Source of the DNA: a candidate division WOR-1 bacterium RIFOXYB2_FULL_42_35 | GTDB lineage: Bacteria > Margulisbacteria > WOR-1 > O2-12-FULL-45-9 | Direction: 5' to 3' | NCBI GenBank assembly: GCA_001771545.1 | Contig: MEUC01000002.1 | Span: 3,909-67,908 of the forward strand | DNA: 64,000 bases | In this document: positions 9,659 through 19,569 of the stretch, one piece after another | How positions within the stretch are numbered: position 1 is the stretch's first letter | How the letters are laid out: every line of letters begins with the position of its first letter | Notes under the pieces: generated by a model | The model's input: the letters and a program-made list of their open reading frames with translations, nothing else | What the model was told of the DNA's origin: nothing | Database searches by the model: none | Made by a program: the position numbers and the translations under genes

Positions 9659-10651
9659 GTGATCAGAATCGCCCTTGATGCCATGGGCGGGGATTTTGCT
9701 CCTGATGAAATAGTCAAAGGAGCAGTACTTGCTAGCCAAGAATTGCCTGATTTAGAAATTTTCCTGGTAGGCTCCCCAGACAAAATAATCCAAGCCCTCA
9801 AAAAACACCAAGAAAAGGGCAAGCTTCCGATTGTCACTGCTTCTGAAGTAATCGGAATGAACGAACATCCGGTTCAGGCAGTTAAACAAAAAAAAGACGC
9901 TTCCATCAATGTCGCCGTCTCACTGGTTAAAGATGGTAAGGCTGACGCAGTTATTTCCGCAGGAAACACCGGGGCTATTATGGCGGCAGCCCTCTTTAAG
10001 CTGGGAAGAATCCCGGGGGTTGAGCGACCCGCTATTGCGACAGAATTTCCCCTGCCAACAGGCAAAGTTCTCCTGCTTGATATGGGCGCCAACGTAGATT
10101 GCAAACCAAAACATTTGGTCCAGTTCGCCATGATGGGACGCTTGTACTCACAAGACGTGATGCGGGTAGAAAACCCCAGGGTGGGCTTGCTTAATCTTGG
10201 CGAAGAAAAAGAAAAAGGCAATGAACTGACCAGAGAAACCTGGCCACTTTTAAAACAAGCCCAGGTTAATTTTATCGGCAATGTGGAATCAAAAGAAATC
10301 TTTAATGGCACGGTTGACGTAATAGTTTGCGATGGCTTTGTTGGCAACCTAATTCTTAAATTTGGGGAAAGCTTGGGTACTGCAATTTATAAGATGATGA
10401 AGAAAGAGCTCTCCGGCGGCATTATGAACAAACTCGGACTAGCCCTGCTATATCCCGGCCTTAAACGGCTTAAAAAACTAGTCACTTATGATGAGTATGG
10501 GGCAGCTCCCTTGCTCGGCATTCAAGGAATCGTCTATAAAGCCCACGGTCGATCCAAAGCAGCGGCAATTAAAACTGCCATTAAAAATACTGCCGAGGCA
10601 ATTAAGGGTGATCTAATTAGTTCAATTTCGAAAGTTAGCGAAAAAATATGA
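9659..10651 (+). CDS. plsX: Phosphate acyltransferase PlsX
   Basis: GTG start; VIRIALDAMGGDFAP... canonical PlsX N-terminus. Confidence 0.92.
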   Translation: MIRIALDAMGGDFAPDEIVKGAVLASQELPDLEIFLVGSPDKIIQALKKHQEKGKLPIVTASEVIGMNEHPVQAVKQKKDASINVAVSLVKDGKADAVISAGNTGAIMAAALFKLGRIPGVERPAIATEFPLPTGKVLLLDMGANVDCKPKHLVQFAMMGRLYSQDVMRVENPRVGLLNLGEEKEKGNELTRETWPLLKQAQVNFIGNVESKEIFNGTVDVIVCDGFVGNLILKFGESLGTAIYKMMKKELSGGIMNKLGLALLYPGLKRLKKLVTYDEYGAAPLLGIQGIVYKAHGRSKAAAIKTAIKNTAEAIKGDLISSISKVSEKI

Positions 10652-11610
10652 GAGCAAAAATTATTGGTGTCGGATCCTGTGTCCCCGAAAAAGTTGTCAC
10701 TAATCACGAATTAACAAAAACCGTTGATACTTCTGACGAATGGATCAGAACTCGCACCGGTATCCAGGAAAGAAGACTTAGTGACGAAGCCACGGCAACT
10801 TCTGATTTAGCTATTGTAGCAGCAGAACGAGCCTTGGCCAAAGCTAATCTCTCGGCCCAAGATCTGGATCTTATAATAGTAGGCACCACCACCCCAGACA
10901 CTCTCTTTCCTTCTGTCGCCTGCATTTTGCAAGGCAAACTCAGCGCTGTTAAGGCAGCTGCTTTTGATGTTTCTGCCGCCTGTTCTGGTTTTAATTTTGC
11001 CTTAACCACTGCCACCCAATTCATTGAAAATGGCCTGTACAAAAATGTACTAGTAATTGGAGCCGATACATTAACTAAATATGTAGATTGGAACGATCGT
11101 GGCACCTGCGTACTTTTTGGTGATGGCGCTGGCGCTGTTGTACTAACAGCCTCTGATGATGGTTCCGGGGTTTTAGCCAGTTGGTTAAAAGCCGAAGGTC
11201 ATTTGAGTGACAAGTTAATTATGCCAGGTGGCGGCTCACGTGATCCGGGACAGAAGAACGGCCGCTTCATTACTATGGATGGAAAAAATGTCTTTAAGTT
11301 TGCTACCCGAGTGCTGGAAGAATCCATTCTGGCCGTCTTAAAGAAGGCTAATTTAGAAACTAAAGATATTGATCTCTTGATACCGCATCAAGCCAACAGC
11401 AGAATTATCAGCCATGTCGTCAAAAAGATGGACTTGCCAAATGAAAAAGTTTTTGTTAATCTTCACAAGTACGGTAACACCTCAGCTGCTTCAATCCCCA
11501 TTGCTCTTGATGAAGCTTTCGCTGAAGGGATAATAAAAGCCGGTGATATCGTTGTCTTGTCAGGCTTTGGCGCCGGCCTCACTTGTGGGGCAAATATAAT
11601 AAAGTGGTAA
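10648..11610 (+). CDS. fabH: 3-oxoacyl-ACP synthase III
   Basis: MRAKIIGVGSCVPEKVVTNHELTKTVDTSDEWIRTRTGIQERR...; active-site Cys and HN motifs; overlaps the plsX stop. Confidence 0.93.
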   Translation: MRAKIIGVGSCVPEKVVTNHELTKTVDTSDEWIRTRTGIQERRLSDEATATSDLAIVAAERALAKANLSAQDLDLIIVGTTTPDTLFPSVACILQGKLSAVKAAAFDVSAACSGFNFALTTATQFIENGLYKNVLVIGADTLTKYVDWNDRGTCVLFGDGAGAVVLTASDDGSGVLASWLKAEGHLSDKLIMPGGGSRDPGQKNGRFITMDGKNVFKFATRVLEESILAVLKKANLETKDIDLLIPHQANSRIISHVVKKMDLPNEKVFVNLHKYGNTSAASIPIALDEAFAEGIIKAGDIVVLSGFGAGLTCGANIIKW

Positions 11611-11763
11611 AATAGAAGTTGGGTTTTGGTTGTGGAAGCTGGTCTGGAAGTTAGAAATGGTTGTGGAAGCTGGAATTTTCTAGCTTCAAGCTTCTACTTC
11701 TAACATCTTAACTAGCATCTAAAACAAACAACTAGCTTCAAATAAACAGGGGGTAAAAATAGA

Positions 11764-12921
11764 ATGTTAGATTACGGTTTATCAGATGAACAGAAAATGA
11801 TCCTGGAATTGATTAAAAAGATTGGTGAAGAAAAGATTAAGCCAGTACGCGAAAAGCTCGACGAAACAGGTGAGTTTCCTTGGGAGATTATGAAGGCTTT
11901 TGCTGCTGCTGACCTTTGCGGTCTCTATATTCCGGAAGAGCTTGGTGGTTTTGGTCAAAGCGTTTTCAATTTTTGCTTAGCTACTGAAGAAGTTAGTCGC
12001 TATTGTGGCGGCGTTGGTGTTACCTTTGCTGCTTCAGCTTTAGGCTCAACTCCTATCCTACTCTTTGGTTCTGATGAACAAAAGAAAAAGTATATGCCAG
12101 ATATTGCAGCAGGAAAAAAGCTAGCTGCTTTTGGTTTAACTGAAGCTAACGCTGGCTCCGATGCTGGTGGCATGGAAACAACTGCTAAAAAAGAGGGCGA
12201 CTACTACATTCTCAATGGCACCAAACAGTGGATCACCAACGGTGGCGAAGCTGACACCTACACTGTGATTGCTATGACTAATAAAAGTAAAGGGAGTCGT
12301 GGGGCAACTGCTTTTATCGTAGAAAAAGGGACCCCTGGTTTTGATTTTGGTAAAAAAGAAAACAAGATGGGCATTCGCTGCTCTGCTACTCGCGAATTAG
12401 TTTTCCAGGATTGTAAAATTCATAAAGATCAGCTATTGGGCAAAGAAGGCCAAGGCTTTATCGTAGCGATGAAGACTTTAGATATGACCAGACCTGGCAT
12501 TGGGGCTCAAGCTGTTGGTATTGCTCAAGGCGCTTTAGACGAATCAATTAAATATGCCAAAGAACGCGTTCAATTTGGCAAACCGATTATCACACTTCAA
12601 GCGATCCAACATATGTTAGCTGATATGGCTACTCAAGTTGAAGCTGCTCGGGCTTTAGTTTATGCCTGTGCTCGGATGATTGACGCTGGTGCCAAGAACT
12701 ATACCCTCCCAGCTTCTGAAGCCAAGCTTTTTGCTTCTGATGTTGCCATGAGGGTTACAACTGACGCTGTGCAGATCTTTGGTGGTTATGGCTACATGAA
12801 AGAGTATCCTGTGGAAAAAATGATGCGGGATGCTAAGATTACCCAGATTTATGAAGGTACCAACCAGATTCAAAGAAATCAGATTGGGTTAGCTTTGATC
12901 AAAGAGTCGGCGAGGAAGTAG
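11764..12921 (+). CDS. Acyl-CoA dehydrogenase (butyryl-CoA dehydrogenase-like)
   Basis: 385 aa; typical ACAD motifs (GLTEANAGSD..., YEGTNQIQR). Confidence 0.88.
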   Translation: MLDYGLSDEQKMILELIKKIGEEKIKPVREKLDETGEFPWEIMKAFAAADLCGLYIPEELGGFGQSVFNFCLATEEVSRYCGGVGVTFAASALGSTPILLFGSDEQKKKYMPDIAAGKKLAAFGLTEANAGSDAGGMETTAKKEGDYYILNGTKQWITNGGEADTYTVIAMTNKSKGSRGATAFIVEKGTPGFDFGKKENKMGIRCSATRELVFQDCKIHKDQLLGKEGQGFIVAMKTLDMTRPGIGAQAVGIAQGALDESIKYAKERVQFGKPIITLQAIQHMLADMATQVEAARALVYACARMIDAGAKNYTLPASEAKLFASDVAMRVTTDAVQIFGGYGYMKEYPVEKMMRDAKITQIYEGTNQIQRNQIGLALIKESARK

Positions 12922-12949
12922 CAAATCGCCAATATTGATTAAAAATTTG

Positions 12950-14080
12950 TCAAGCCAAAAACACTGATAGCCACATTGGCAGGTTTTCTGGTTTAATTTG
13001 ATTGGCCTGGTAAAACTTTTTTATTCTCTCTGGCAACTTCCCCTCGGCAAATAAAAACCTCAAGGGATTATTAAAAGCGATTTGTTGGCGACTACTCTCG
13101 GACAATTTATCACAAGCCCTGCAGAAATCCCCTTCTGTCCAAGTGTGGCGAGTCATTAGCCAGTCGGTACCAAAAATTATTCGCTCGGCAACAGTCTCAT
13201 CTTCCATCAACTCGGCTAAGACCTTAAAATATTGCTCTTTTGTTTTTTTCTCCAGGGCTTTTGTATGATACGAAGTATCAGCATATACATTGGCAAAGTT
13301 TTTCATCAGTTTTAATATCTGGTTAGCCCAAGAGAGAGCGTTTTCATGGTCCAATAAGGCTTCATCGCTACCAAAGTGGGCCAGATTAAGCCTTAGCTCC
13401 GGATGCTTCTTCAGAACAGGTTCCCAATTTGCTGGATGGCATAGCTCTTCGGACTGGAGAATTGCCTTATTATAAGCACCACCCTTAGAACAGTGGACTG
13501 TAATAGGGATATTTTCTGCTTCACAATAATCATAAAGATCATTCAAGGCCTTGTTAACCTCTTTACTATTATATGGGTTATCTGGGTCTGGATGATAACC
13601 AAGGGAGGGATAAAGTTTCACCCCCAGAAAACCGAGGTTTTCTAGGGCATTAACAGTTAGAGCAATTGCTCCCGGGCGGCGGGGATCAAACATAATAAAG
13701 GGCATTAGCTCGCCAGGATATTTTAGGCAGGCTTGGGAAATCTTTTCAACTTGATTCTCATAATCAATGTCGGACTTCTGCTTAGAGTAGGCAAATTCAA
13801 AATCCATCATCAAGGGGGTAGCCAAAATAATGCCTGACTCTCTCATTTCCGCAACGAATGCTTCTGCTACCCGATCAATATTTTGTCGCAGCAACCAGAG
13901 AACTTGATGGGAACGGTCATAATTGTTGCCGGGCAAAACAACAGTAGCAATTCTGGCCGCAAACGAGGTTAAATAACGACGCAACAACCACTCACGGATT
14001 GGGGCCCGGCTCTTAAAAAAACTGTCCGGCACAAATTTGAAGGTTAAAAGGTGGCAGTGAGCATTGATAAAGTCCGTCAT
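12950..14080 (-). CDS. Metal-dependent amidohydrolase-family (TIM-barrel) protein
   Basis: N-terminal FINAHCHL metal-binding motif; 376 aa. Confidence 0.55.
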   Translation of the reverse strand: MTDFINAHCHLLTFKFVPDSFFKSRAPIREWLLRRYLTSFAARIATVVLPGNNYDRSHQVLWLLRQNIDRVAEAFVAEMRESGIILATPLMMDFEFAYSKQKSDIDYENQVEKISQACLKYPGELMPFIMFDPRRPGAIALTVNALENLGFLGVKLYPSLGYHPDPDNPYNSKEVNKALNDLYDYCEAENIPITVHCSKGGAYNKAILQSEELCHPANWEPVLKKHPELRLNLAHFGSDEALLDHENALSWANQILKLMKNFANVYADTSYHTKALEKKTKEQYFKVLAELMEDETVAERIIFGTDWLMTRHTWTEGDFCRACDKLSESSRQQIAFNNPLRFLFAEGKLPERIKKFYQANQIKPENLPMWLSVFLA

Positions 14081-14103
14081 TATGCTAGTAATTTTAGCAC
14101 ATA

Positions 14104-15042
14104 CTAATTTTCTTGTGGGGTAACAAAACTTCTTCTCGATAAACGACCAAGAAAGTTAAAAACAGCAGGCAAAGATTCTTGCAATAAAGACAAAGTCTCC
14201 CTTTTGAGTTCTTGCCCAGAATGGTAAATCTCACCATCATCATAATGTGTAGCAACCTGTTGTCCTAAAATCCTAACAGAGTCTTCCAGCCTGCCCTGCA
14301 TCAGAGAGACTGTTTCAGCAACTTCCGCTAATTCATTGATTGGCACAAACAAGAAAAGCTGTGCTCTCCACAACAGATTAAGGCCTGTCTTGCCCTTATT
14401 TAACTCAACCATTCTACCAAGCAAACCAACTGCTAATAGGTCTTGGTTTCCTTGCTTAACCATGGCAAAGCCCAACTCTACAATAGTTAGTGCCCCCCGA
14501 TCTAATCCCTTGACCATAATTGGTCTAGTCACAATATTTTTTGCCTGCGCAGAAATATCCCAATATAAATGCTCCATTGCTGCCATAATGCCAAAACCTC
14601 CGCTTCGCCCTGCTCCAGCAAGCAAAGGAAATTGACTAGCCCGGACATAAGGGTGGAGACCTAAGCTCCCTGCCCAAGGCAGAGACAAACCGACTAAATA
14701 CTCTGTTCTGTCTTCTTTCACCAGGAGGCCGGTGTAAGACAGCGGCTCCCCAACCCCTACTGAATCGTTAAGAATTGGGAGATCAACGCTAACAATTGTC
14801 ACATCAAGACCTTCTTCTTTGGCTAATTCTTGGCCAGCGACGATCGCTGCCAATTCAGGATCATGAAACCTTACTTGTGAAGCATCAGTGATTGAGGGAG
14901 CTGTGACAACAATAACTCGAGTCTCACCACGAGAGGCAACGTGCAAACTTCCCTGCTTCAACAATTCAGTCTTATTGGCTTTATCTGCAGTAAAATAACC
15001 TTGTAAGACCCTGACTGTTCTATTAATAATTGGTGGTGACAT
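14104..15042 (-). CDS. Conserved hypothetical protein (312 aa)
   Basis: Long ORF with glycine-rich motif LLAGAGRSGGFGIMAAMEHL; no confident family assignment from sequence alone. Confidence 0.5.
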   Translation of the reverse strand: MSPPIINRTVRVLQGYFTADKANKTELLKQGSLHVASRGETRVIVVTAPSITDASQVRFHDPELAAIVAGQELAKEEGLDVTIVSVDLPILNDSVGVGEPLSYTGLLVKEDRTEYLVGLSLPWAGSLGLHPYVRASQFPLLAGAGRSGGFGIMAAMEHLYWDISAQAKNIVTRPIMVKGLDRGALTIVELGFAMVKQGNQDLLAVGLLGRMVELNKGKTGLNLLWRAQLFLFVPINELAEVAETVSLMQGRLEDSVRILGQQVATHYDDGEIYHSGQELKRETLSLLQESLPAVFNFLGRLSRRSFVTPQEN

Positions 15043-15356
15043 TATTTTAATTCCTTATTGGTATCTCTTGCACTTTATTATCAGTCATTGAGCAGTAATT
15101 TTCCCCGATAACACTAGCTTGCTCTACTCCTCTCCATCATCCGGCCTCTCTACTATATACATCGTGCAAAAGAGAGACAAATTTCAACTACAACAATTAT
15201 TTGCCCAAACAAAGACTTAAGCCGGAACAAGATATTATTGCTTTTGCTCAACTAATGAAACATGTTTACCAGGTAGTAACTTCCTAAGGCTTCGATCATT
15301 ACAAAAGCCTGGCTTCCCCACTTTTTTATTTTATGATATACTTTTGCTTTAAACAC

Positions 15357-16139
15357 ATGGACATAATAGTTTGTATAAAACAGGTTCCAGATACTACCGA
15401 GGTCAAGATAAACCCAGAAACCAATACTCTTGTTAGAGAGGGCGTGCCATCTATTGTTAACCCTTTTGACGAAAATGCCATTGAAGCAGCTTTAAAGCTC
15501 AAGGAACTGCATGGCGGCAAGGTCACTGCTATTACCATGGGACCACCTCAAGCAGCCGAAGCCCTAAAAACCGTGCTAGCCATGGGGGTTGATGATGTAA
15601 TCTTGGTCTCAGACCGCTCTTTTGCCGGCTCTGACACCTGGGCAACCTCATATACCTTGGCTCAAACTATTAAAAAGCTGGGTAATTATGATCTGATTAT
15701 CTGTGGAAAACAGGCTATTGATGGCGATACCGCCCAAGTTGGTCCCGGAATTGCTGAATGGCTCAAACTTCCCCAAGTTACTTTTGCAGTTAAGATTGAA
15801 GTTAATGGCAAAATCGCCAAAGTAGAAAGGTTACTGGAAGAAGTCAACGAAGTCGTTGAAACTCCCCTTCCTGCAGTTTTAACCGTTGTTAAACAGATCA
15901 ATGAACCGAGAATGCCATCCCTACGCGGCATGATGAAGGCTAAAAAAGCTGAAGTCAAAACCATGAATGCGGCGGCAATTGATGCTGACCCTAAAAATCT
16001 CGGTTTAAATGGTTCCCCCACTCAAGTAGTTAAGATTTTCACCCCTCCACCTAAGGGGGGCGGTGAAATCTTGACCGGAGAACCGAACGAAATCATCACA
16101 AAGTTGATTGAAAAGATTCAAGAGAGGAAAATCATCTAA
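15357..16139 (+). CDS. etfB: Electron transfer flavoprotein beta subunit
   Basis: MDIIVCIKQVPDTTEVKINPETNTL... Start set at MDII rather than ORF-track 15333. Confidence 0.9.
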   Translation: MDIIVCIKQVPDTTEVKINPETNTLVREGVPSIVNPFDENAIEAALKLKELHGGKVTAITMGPPQAAEALKTVLAMGVDDVILVSDRSFAGSDTWATSYTLAQTIKKLGNYDLIICGKQAIDGDTAQVGPGIAEWLKLPQVTFAVKIEVNGKIAKVERLLEEVNEVVETPLPAVLTVVKQINEPRMPSLRGMMKAKKAEVKTMNAAAIDADPKNLGLNGSPTQVVKIFTPPPKGGGEILTGEPNEIITKLIEKIQERKII

Positions 16140-17353
16140 TGGGCATCAATGTTTTATTAGATAAATGCACCGGTTGTACCCTATGTATCAAGGCTTGTCC
16201 CTTCCAAGCCATTGAAATGAAGGAAGTCGAAGGATTTCCTCGTAAAAAAGCTGTTATTGACTTAGATAAGTGCACACTTTGTAATGCTTGTGTTGCCTCT
16301 TGTAAATTCACGGCCATTGAAATTAAAGCCGAGAAAGAAACCTCAACTGATTTATTTCACTATAAAGGGGTTTGGATTTTTGCGGAACAACGCGAAGGGA
16401 AAGTTCAATCAGTTGCTTATGAGTTATTGGGCGAAGGCAAGAAACTAGCTGCTGACCTTAAAACCGATGTTTCCGCTGTCCTTTGCGGTGGAGAAAACAT
16501 TGAGGAAGAAGTTGCCAACCTATTTGCTTACGGCGCTGACAAGGTTTACCTTCTACATCATGACGAACTAAAAGATTATAAATCCCTCCCCTACACTCGG
16601 GCTGTGTCAGAATTAATAACCAAACATAAGCCGGAAGTTTTCTTACTTGGCGCAACAACTATGGGTCGAGATTTGGCCGCAAGATTAGCCATCCGTGTTG
16701 GTGCAGGGTTAACAGCTGACTGTACTGGCTTGGCAATTGATCCCGAAAAAAAAATATTGCAACAAACCCGCCCAGCCTTTGGCGGCAACATCATGGCAAC
16801 TATTATTGCCCCCAATAACCGACCACAAATGTCGACAGTGCGGCCTAAGGTTTTTAGAAAAGCGGAAAAACAAGCTGGCAGAAAGGGTGAATTGATCAAG
16901 TTTAACCCAATCCTCAACCCCGAAGACCTAGTTGTGAAGCTAATCGAGATCCTTAAAGACGAGAGTGTTAAGGTTAACCTGCAAGAAGCAGAAATTATTG
17001 TTTCTGGCGGCCGCGGGATTGGGGATGCCAAGAATTTTACCATGATTAACGAGCTGGCCAAGGTTCTTGGTGGCGCTGTTGGCGCTTCTCGTGCAACTGT
17101 AGATGCTGGCTGGATCTCTGCCCATCACCAAGTGGGACAAACAGGCAAGACTGTTGCTCCTAAGCTTTATATTGCCTGTGGTATTTCCGGCAAGATCCAA
17201 CATCTGGTTGGCATGCAGTCTTCCGATATAATAGTAGCAATCAATAAAGACGCAGACGCCCCCATCTTTAAAGTCGCCACTTATGGCATTGTTGGTGACG
17301 TCCACGAATTTGTGCCGCTGTTGACCAGGAAGCTTAAAGAAATCCGCGGTTAA
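16139..17353 (+). CDS. etfA: Electron transfer flavoprotein alpha subunit with N-terminal 2x[4Fe-4S] ferredoxin domain (FixB/CarE-like)
   Basis: N-terminus CTGCTLCIKACP...CTLCNACVASC (two CxxCxxCxxxCP motifs) followed by the EtfA body. Start overlaps the etfB stop. Confidence 0.88.
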   Translation: MGINVLLDKCTGCTLCIKACPFQAIEMKEVEGFPRKKAVIDLDKCTLCNACVASCKFTAIEIKAEKETSTDLFHYKGVWIFAEQREGKVQSVAYELLGEGKKLAADLKTDVSAVLCGGENIEEEVANLFAYGADKVYLLHHDELKDYKSLPYTRAVSELITKHKPEVFLLGATTMGRDLAARLAIRVGAGLTADCTGLAIDPEKKILQQTRPAFGGNIMATIIAPNNRPQMSTVRPKVFRKAEKQAGRKGELIKFNPILNPEDLVVKLIEILKDESVKVNLQEAEIIVSGGRGIGDAKNFTMINELAKVLGGAVGASRATVDAGWISAHHQVGQTGKTVAPKLYIACGISGKIQHLVGMQSSDIIVAINKDADAPIFKVATYGIVGDVHEFVPLLTRKLKEIRG

Positions 17354-18495
17354 GTTATAATTTCCCCGCTCCACAATCTTTCCAAAAACTCTTGCCAGGG
17401 TAAAATCAAGATATTTTCCTCTAGCCTTGGCTTAGGGACAAGGGCAACAACAATTGAGCTTTTAGTTGTATATTCCTCATTAAAAGCTTTTAAGCCGCGT
17501 AAATGTTGCGCTCCAATATTTTCTGAAGATTTAACCTCAATTGCAACTTCGTGGTCGCCCAAGATAAAATCAACTTCTAATTGCGAGGCAGTTCGCCAAT
17601 AGGCCAAATTAAAGCTTTTGGCTGAATAGTGGCTGTAAGCAATTATTTCTTGTAAAATAAAGTGCTCAAATGCCCGGCCAAAATTTTCACTGCCCTGCTT
17701 AATATTCTCGCGCTTTAATAAATAGTTGGCAACTCCAACGTCGAAAAAATAAAAACGGGGCGCTTGGATCACCCGGCGTTTGGGTCTTTTTTGGAAAGAC
17801 GGCACAAAGCGGCCAATCAGCGTATCAAGCAAGATCTGAAAATAACCTTTTACTGTCACGGCGCTGACACCGCAGTCAGCCGCCAGGTTTTGGTAATTTA
17901 CTATTCCGCCATTGCTAAAAGCCGCCGCCTCCAAAAACCTGGCAAAGGCTGGCATGTTGCGGGTAACGGCTTCGGCAGCAATTTCTTCTTTTAGATAATC
18001 AGCTATATAGGCTTGCAAAAGCAATTCTGGCTTGGCGGCTAAATAATGCCGGGGCAGCAAGCCATGATTGACCGCACGCAGCAAATCGAACTGGGGTATT
18101 TCCTTGTAAACCAAAGGAAATAATTCATAACGCAAAGCTCTTCCTCCCAGCAAGTTTGCCCCGCCGCGTTTAAGCTTGCGCGCGCTGGAACCGCATAAAA
18201 TAAATTGCATCCCCTGGTTAACAATCATCCATTGCACTTCATCAAGCAAAGCAGGGATCTTTTGCACTTCATCAATAATAACCGGATTATTGCCCGGGGG
18301 TTTAGCCAAAAGCTCTTTACGCAGTAAGCTGGGGTTGGCGGTCAAGCGGGCAAATTCATCGGAAAGCAACAAATCATATCTGGGAGAATGGGGAAAATGC
18401 GACTGCAAAAGAGTGCTTTTGCCTGTTTGTCTTGCTCCCCATAAAAAGCAAGATTCTTGGCCTAAATCAGTAAATTTTTGTTCTCTTTTATACAT
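17350..18495 (-). CDS. AAA+ ATPase with C-terminal DUF4143 (ATP-binding protein of AAA_14/DUF4143 family)
   Basis: Walker A GARQTGKSTLL near the N-terminus; 381 aa; its own TTGACA-N16-TATAAT promoter at about 18520-18553 (minus strand). Confidence 0.75.
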   Translation of the reverse strand: MYKREQKFTDLGQESCFLWGARQTGKSTLLQSHFPHSPRYDLLLSDEFARLTANPSLLRKELLAKPPGNNPVIIDEVQKIPALLDEVQWMIVNQGMQFILCGSSARKLKRGGANLLGGRALRYELFPLVYKEIPQFDLLRAVNHGLLPRHYLAAKPELLLQAYIADYLKEEIAAEAVTRNMPAFARFLEAAAFSNGGIVNYQNLAADCGVSAVTVKGYFQILLDTLIGRFVPSFQKRPKRRVIQAPRFYFFDVGVANYLLKRENIKQGSENFGRAFEHFILQEIIAYSHYSAKSFNLAYWRTASQLEVDFILGDHEVAIEVKSSENIGAQHLRGLKAFNEEYTTKSSIVVALVPKPRLEENILILPWQEFLERLWSGEIIT

Positions 18496-18623
18496 GGTTA
18501 GTCATGATAAACTAAATATGAGATTTATTATATCATGATAAACAGAATTGTCAATGGCGCGGCAAATTGTTACCTGCTTGGGCCTGTGCCGCTGTTGACC
18601 AGGAAGTTGCAGGAGATTAGGAG

Positions 18624-18842
18624 CTAATCAGGCTTTTTTGTTTCGGGTAGACCAAGCCACCTATCTACCCTTGGTCCCGTAATAGGGCTAGCCCACAAAG
18701 CTAGTAAACCCATTCCCGCTATGGTTGCAAGCGGAGCTAGAACTACAAAAAAAACAGCCGTTTTCACATTGTGCAAAAAAATTTCTCTTGGGGTGGTTGG
18801 GATCGATGGTTTTCTAGGGCTATTTACAATTGACATTGACAT
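18624..18842 (-). CDS. Small hydrophobic/membrane protein (72 aa), hypothetical
   Basis: AGGAGA RBS 7 nt upstream; one predicted TM segment AVFFVVLAPLATIAGMGLLALWA. Confidence 0.45.
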   Translation of the reverse strand: MSMSIVNSPRKPSIPTTPREIFLHNVKTAVFFVVLAPLATIAGMGLLALWASPITGPRVDRWLGLPETKKPD

Positions 18843-18873
18843 AGTTTATTTCTCCTTTGCAAACAAAATTTAG

Positions 18874-19248
18874 ATGCCGCTCTGCTTTTTGCTTCTACTC
18901 TTTGCTGAGAGCTCTGAAAAATTGACTCTCAAGCTCTCGCTCGTCAAACTTTCCTTCACCCAAATGTTTATCGTTAATACCCCCCCCCGATTTCACTTTT
19001 TCTCAAAATTCCTGAAAAATATTTTTGGGGTCATTGGTTACACCCGGGATGATCAGCCTGACCATCGGGAATGGACTAAAATCAATGCTTCCTTTTCTAT
19101 GAAGATTCGGCTCGATCAAAATAACCCTGAAGGCTGGAATGGCTTTCAAGCCCTGATTACCACTTATATGCGCTGGTATGTGCGGCCTAAACATTCGGAA
19201 GCATTGCTTAAATTCTTAAAAAAGATTCCTTGCTATGAGATTAGCTGA
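18874..19248 (+). CDS. Hypothetical protein (124 aa) containing a C9 homopolymer tract
   Basis: ORF without a clear RBS; the poly-C run 18980-18988 lies inside it. It may be a phase-variable or decayed gene. Confidence 0.3.
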   Translation: MPLCFLLLLFAESSEKLTLKLSLVKLSFTQMFIVNTPPRFHFFSKFLKNIFGVIGYTRDDQPDHREWTKINASFSMKIRLDQNNPEGWNGFQALITTYMRWYVRPKHSEALLKFLKKIPCYEIS

Positions 19249-19569
19249 AGCGCGCAAACTCCTTAAAAAGCACTATCGACACCATGAAGAGTGGACTTGT
19301 GGACAAGCTAAAATTTAGGCCACTGGATCGGACAGCAACCCCCGCTTTGACCAAAGAATAGAAATCTTTTTGGATTTAAGCCCTTATTCCGTAGATATCA
19401 AGAAAGTTGCCGCCTTACTTAAATTGTTTGATAAATTGGGAAGAAAAATTTTCTTCGGCCGCCACCTGCGGCGAAGATAAAAACTCCCAAATGTTTAGAC
19501 TTTTATCATTATCCATATTTGGATAATGGCCATAGCCAACCAGCCTAAATTTTGCTAAAATATCCTAAT

